Of a stretch of DNA of 64,000 bases, positions 63,384 to 64,000 are shown piece by piece. How positions within the stretch are numbered: position 1 is the first letter of the stretch; every line of letters begins with the position of its first letter. Position numbers and translations under genes: made by a program. The stretch is taken from contig NC_043013.1 of assembly GCF_006345805.1 (NCBI RefSeq), forward strand, positions 9,300,001-9,364,000, written 5' to 3'. Below the pieces are notes generated by a model. It made no database searches and had not been told where the DNA came from. It saw only the letters and a list, made by a program, of their open reading frames with translations. The stretch is from Octopus sinensis. Taxonomy: Eukaryota.

Positions 63384-64000
63384 AAAATATATATATATGT
63401 CTATATATATATTTATAAATAAATGAATAAATCTGCTTACATGGTAACAGGTGCTGCTCCAAGGGAGTCTTTTGATTTCAGTTGTTGAACTTTTGAGCTC
63501 TTTTTCTTCTCAGGCATTTGTGACTTAGGAAGCTTCTGTGAGGGTCATTTGCTCTGCTAGAAATAACAGACAAATCTCTCTTCAGTCTTAAATTTAGAAA
63601 GGCCACAAACAACAACTTGTAACTAATTTATCTACTTTTTCAGCTTAGAATATTGTTGCTCAGTCCGACTTTACCAATAAATAAGTAAATATATAAATAG
63701 ATAAATCCTGCAACTTAACAAATGCCATCATTTTTAGCATCTTTAGTAGAAATGTTCACTGTAACCTGCTATGTTTTTCTTGTTTTTTTTTCACCAATAT
63801 AATATTTCTTCTGTCATCATCACCACTATTGCCATCACCACCACTACCACCATCATGTTCCTCACTTTCACACCCCCACCTCCTCCATCACCATCATTAC
63901 TGCTGTCATCATTAATGTTGCTATCAAGTCTTAATAAAGCTTCCATCCATCTTTGCTGTCCAATATTTCGTTATCGTTCATAAATAGATCCTATCTTAAT

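Overview
Animal genomic DNA, AT-rich and full of (TA)n/(CA)n/(AAT)n microsatellites; the repeat families look like those of Octopus (inference). One protein-coding gene is supported: coatomer subunit zeta (COPZ1) on the + strand. Six coding exons with GT-AG borders join in frame into 165 codons. The final exon (expected ...VLQSAKEQxKWSLLx) was not found, so it probably lies beyond the window. The rest is intronic or intergenic and dominated by mobile DNA: tRNA-head SINEs, RTE and CR1 LINE fragments, Tc1 and maT remnants, non-autonomous Helitrons, GGATC-ended MITEs with 8-bp TSDs and many long fold-back palindromes. The most notable signal is a 3 x 479-bp tandem array (60035-61474). Each monomer carries a complete minimal type I hammerhead ribozyme fold on the minus strand, with a palindromic stem III, and a 5'-inverted partial copy lies nearby; this is a retrozyme-like or non-autonomous Penelope-like element. 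Related intact, half or decayed hammerhead motifs sit at the tips of several fold-back elements. All structures were folded by eye; ribozyme activity and family assignments are untested inferences.
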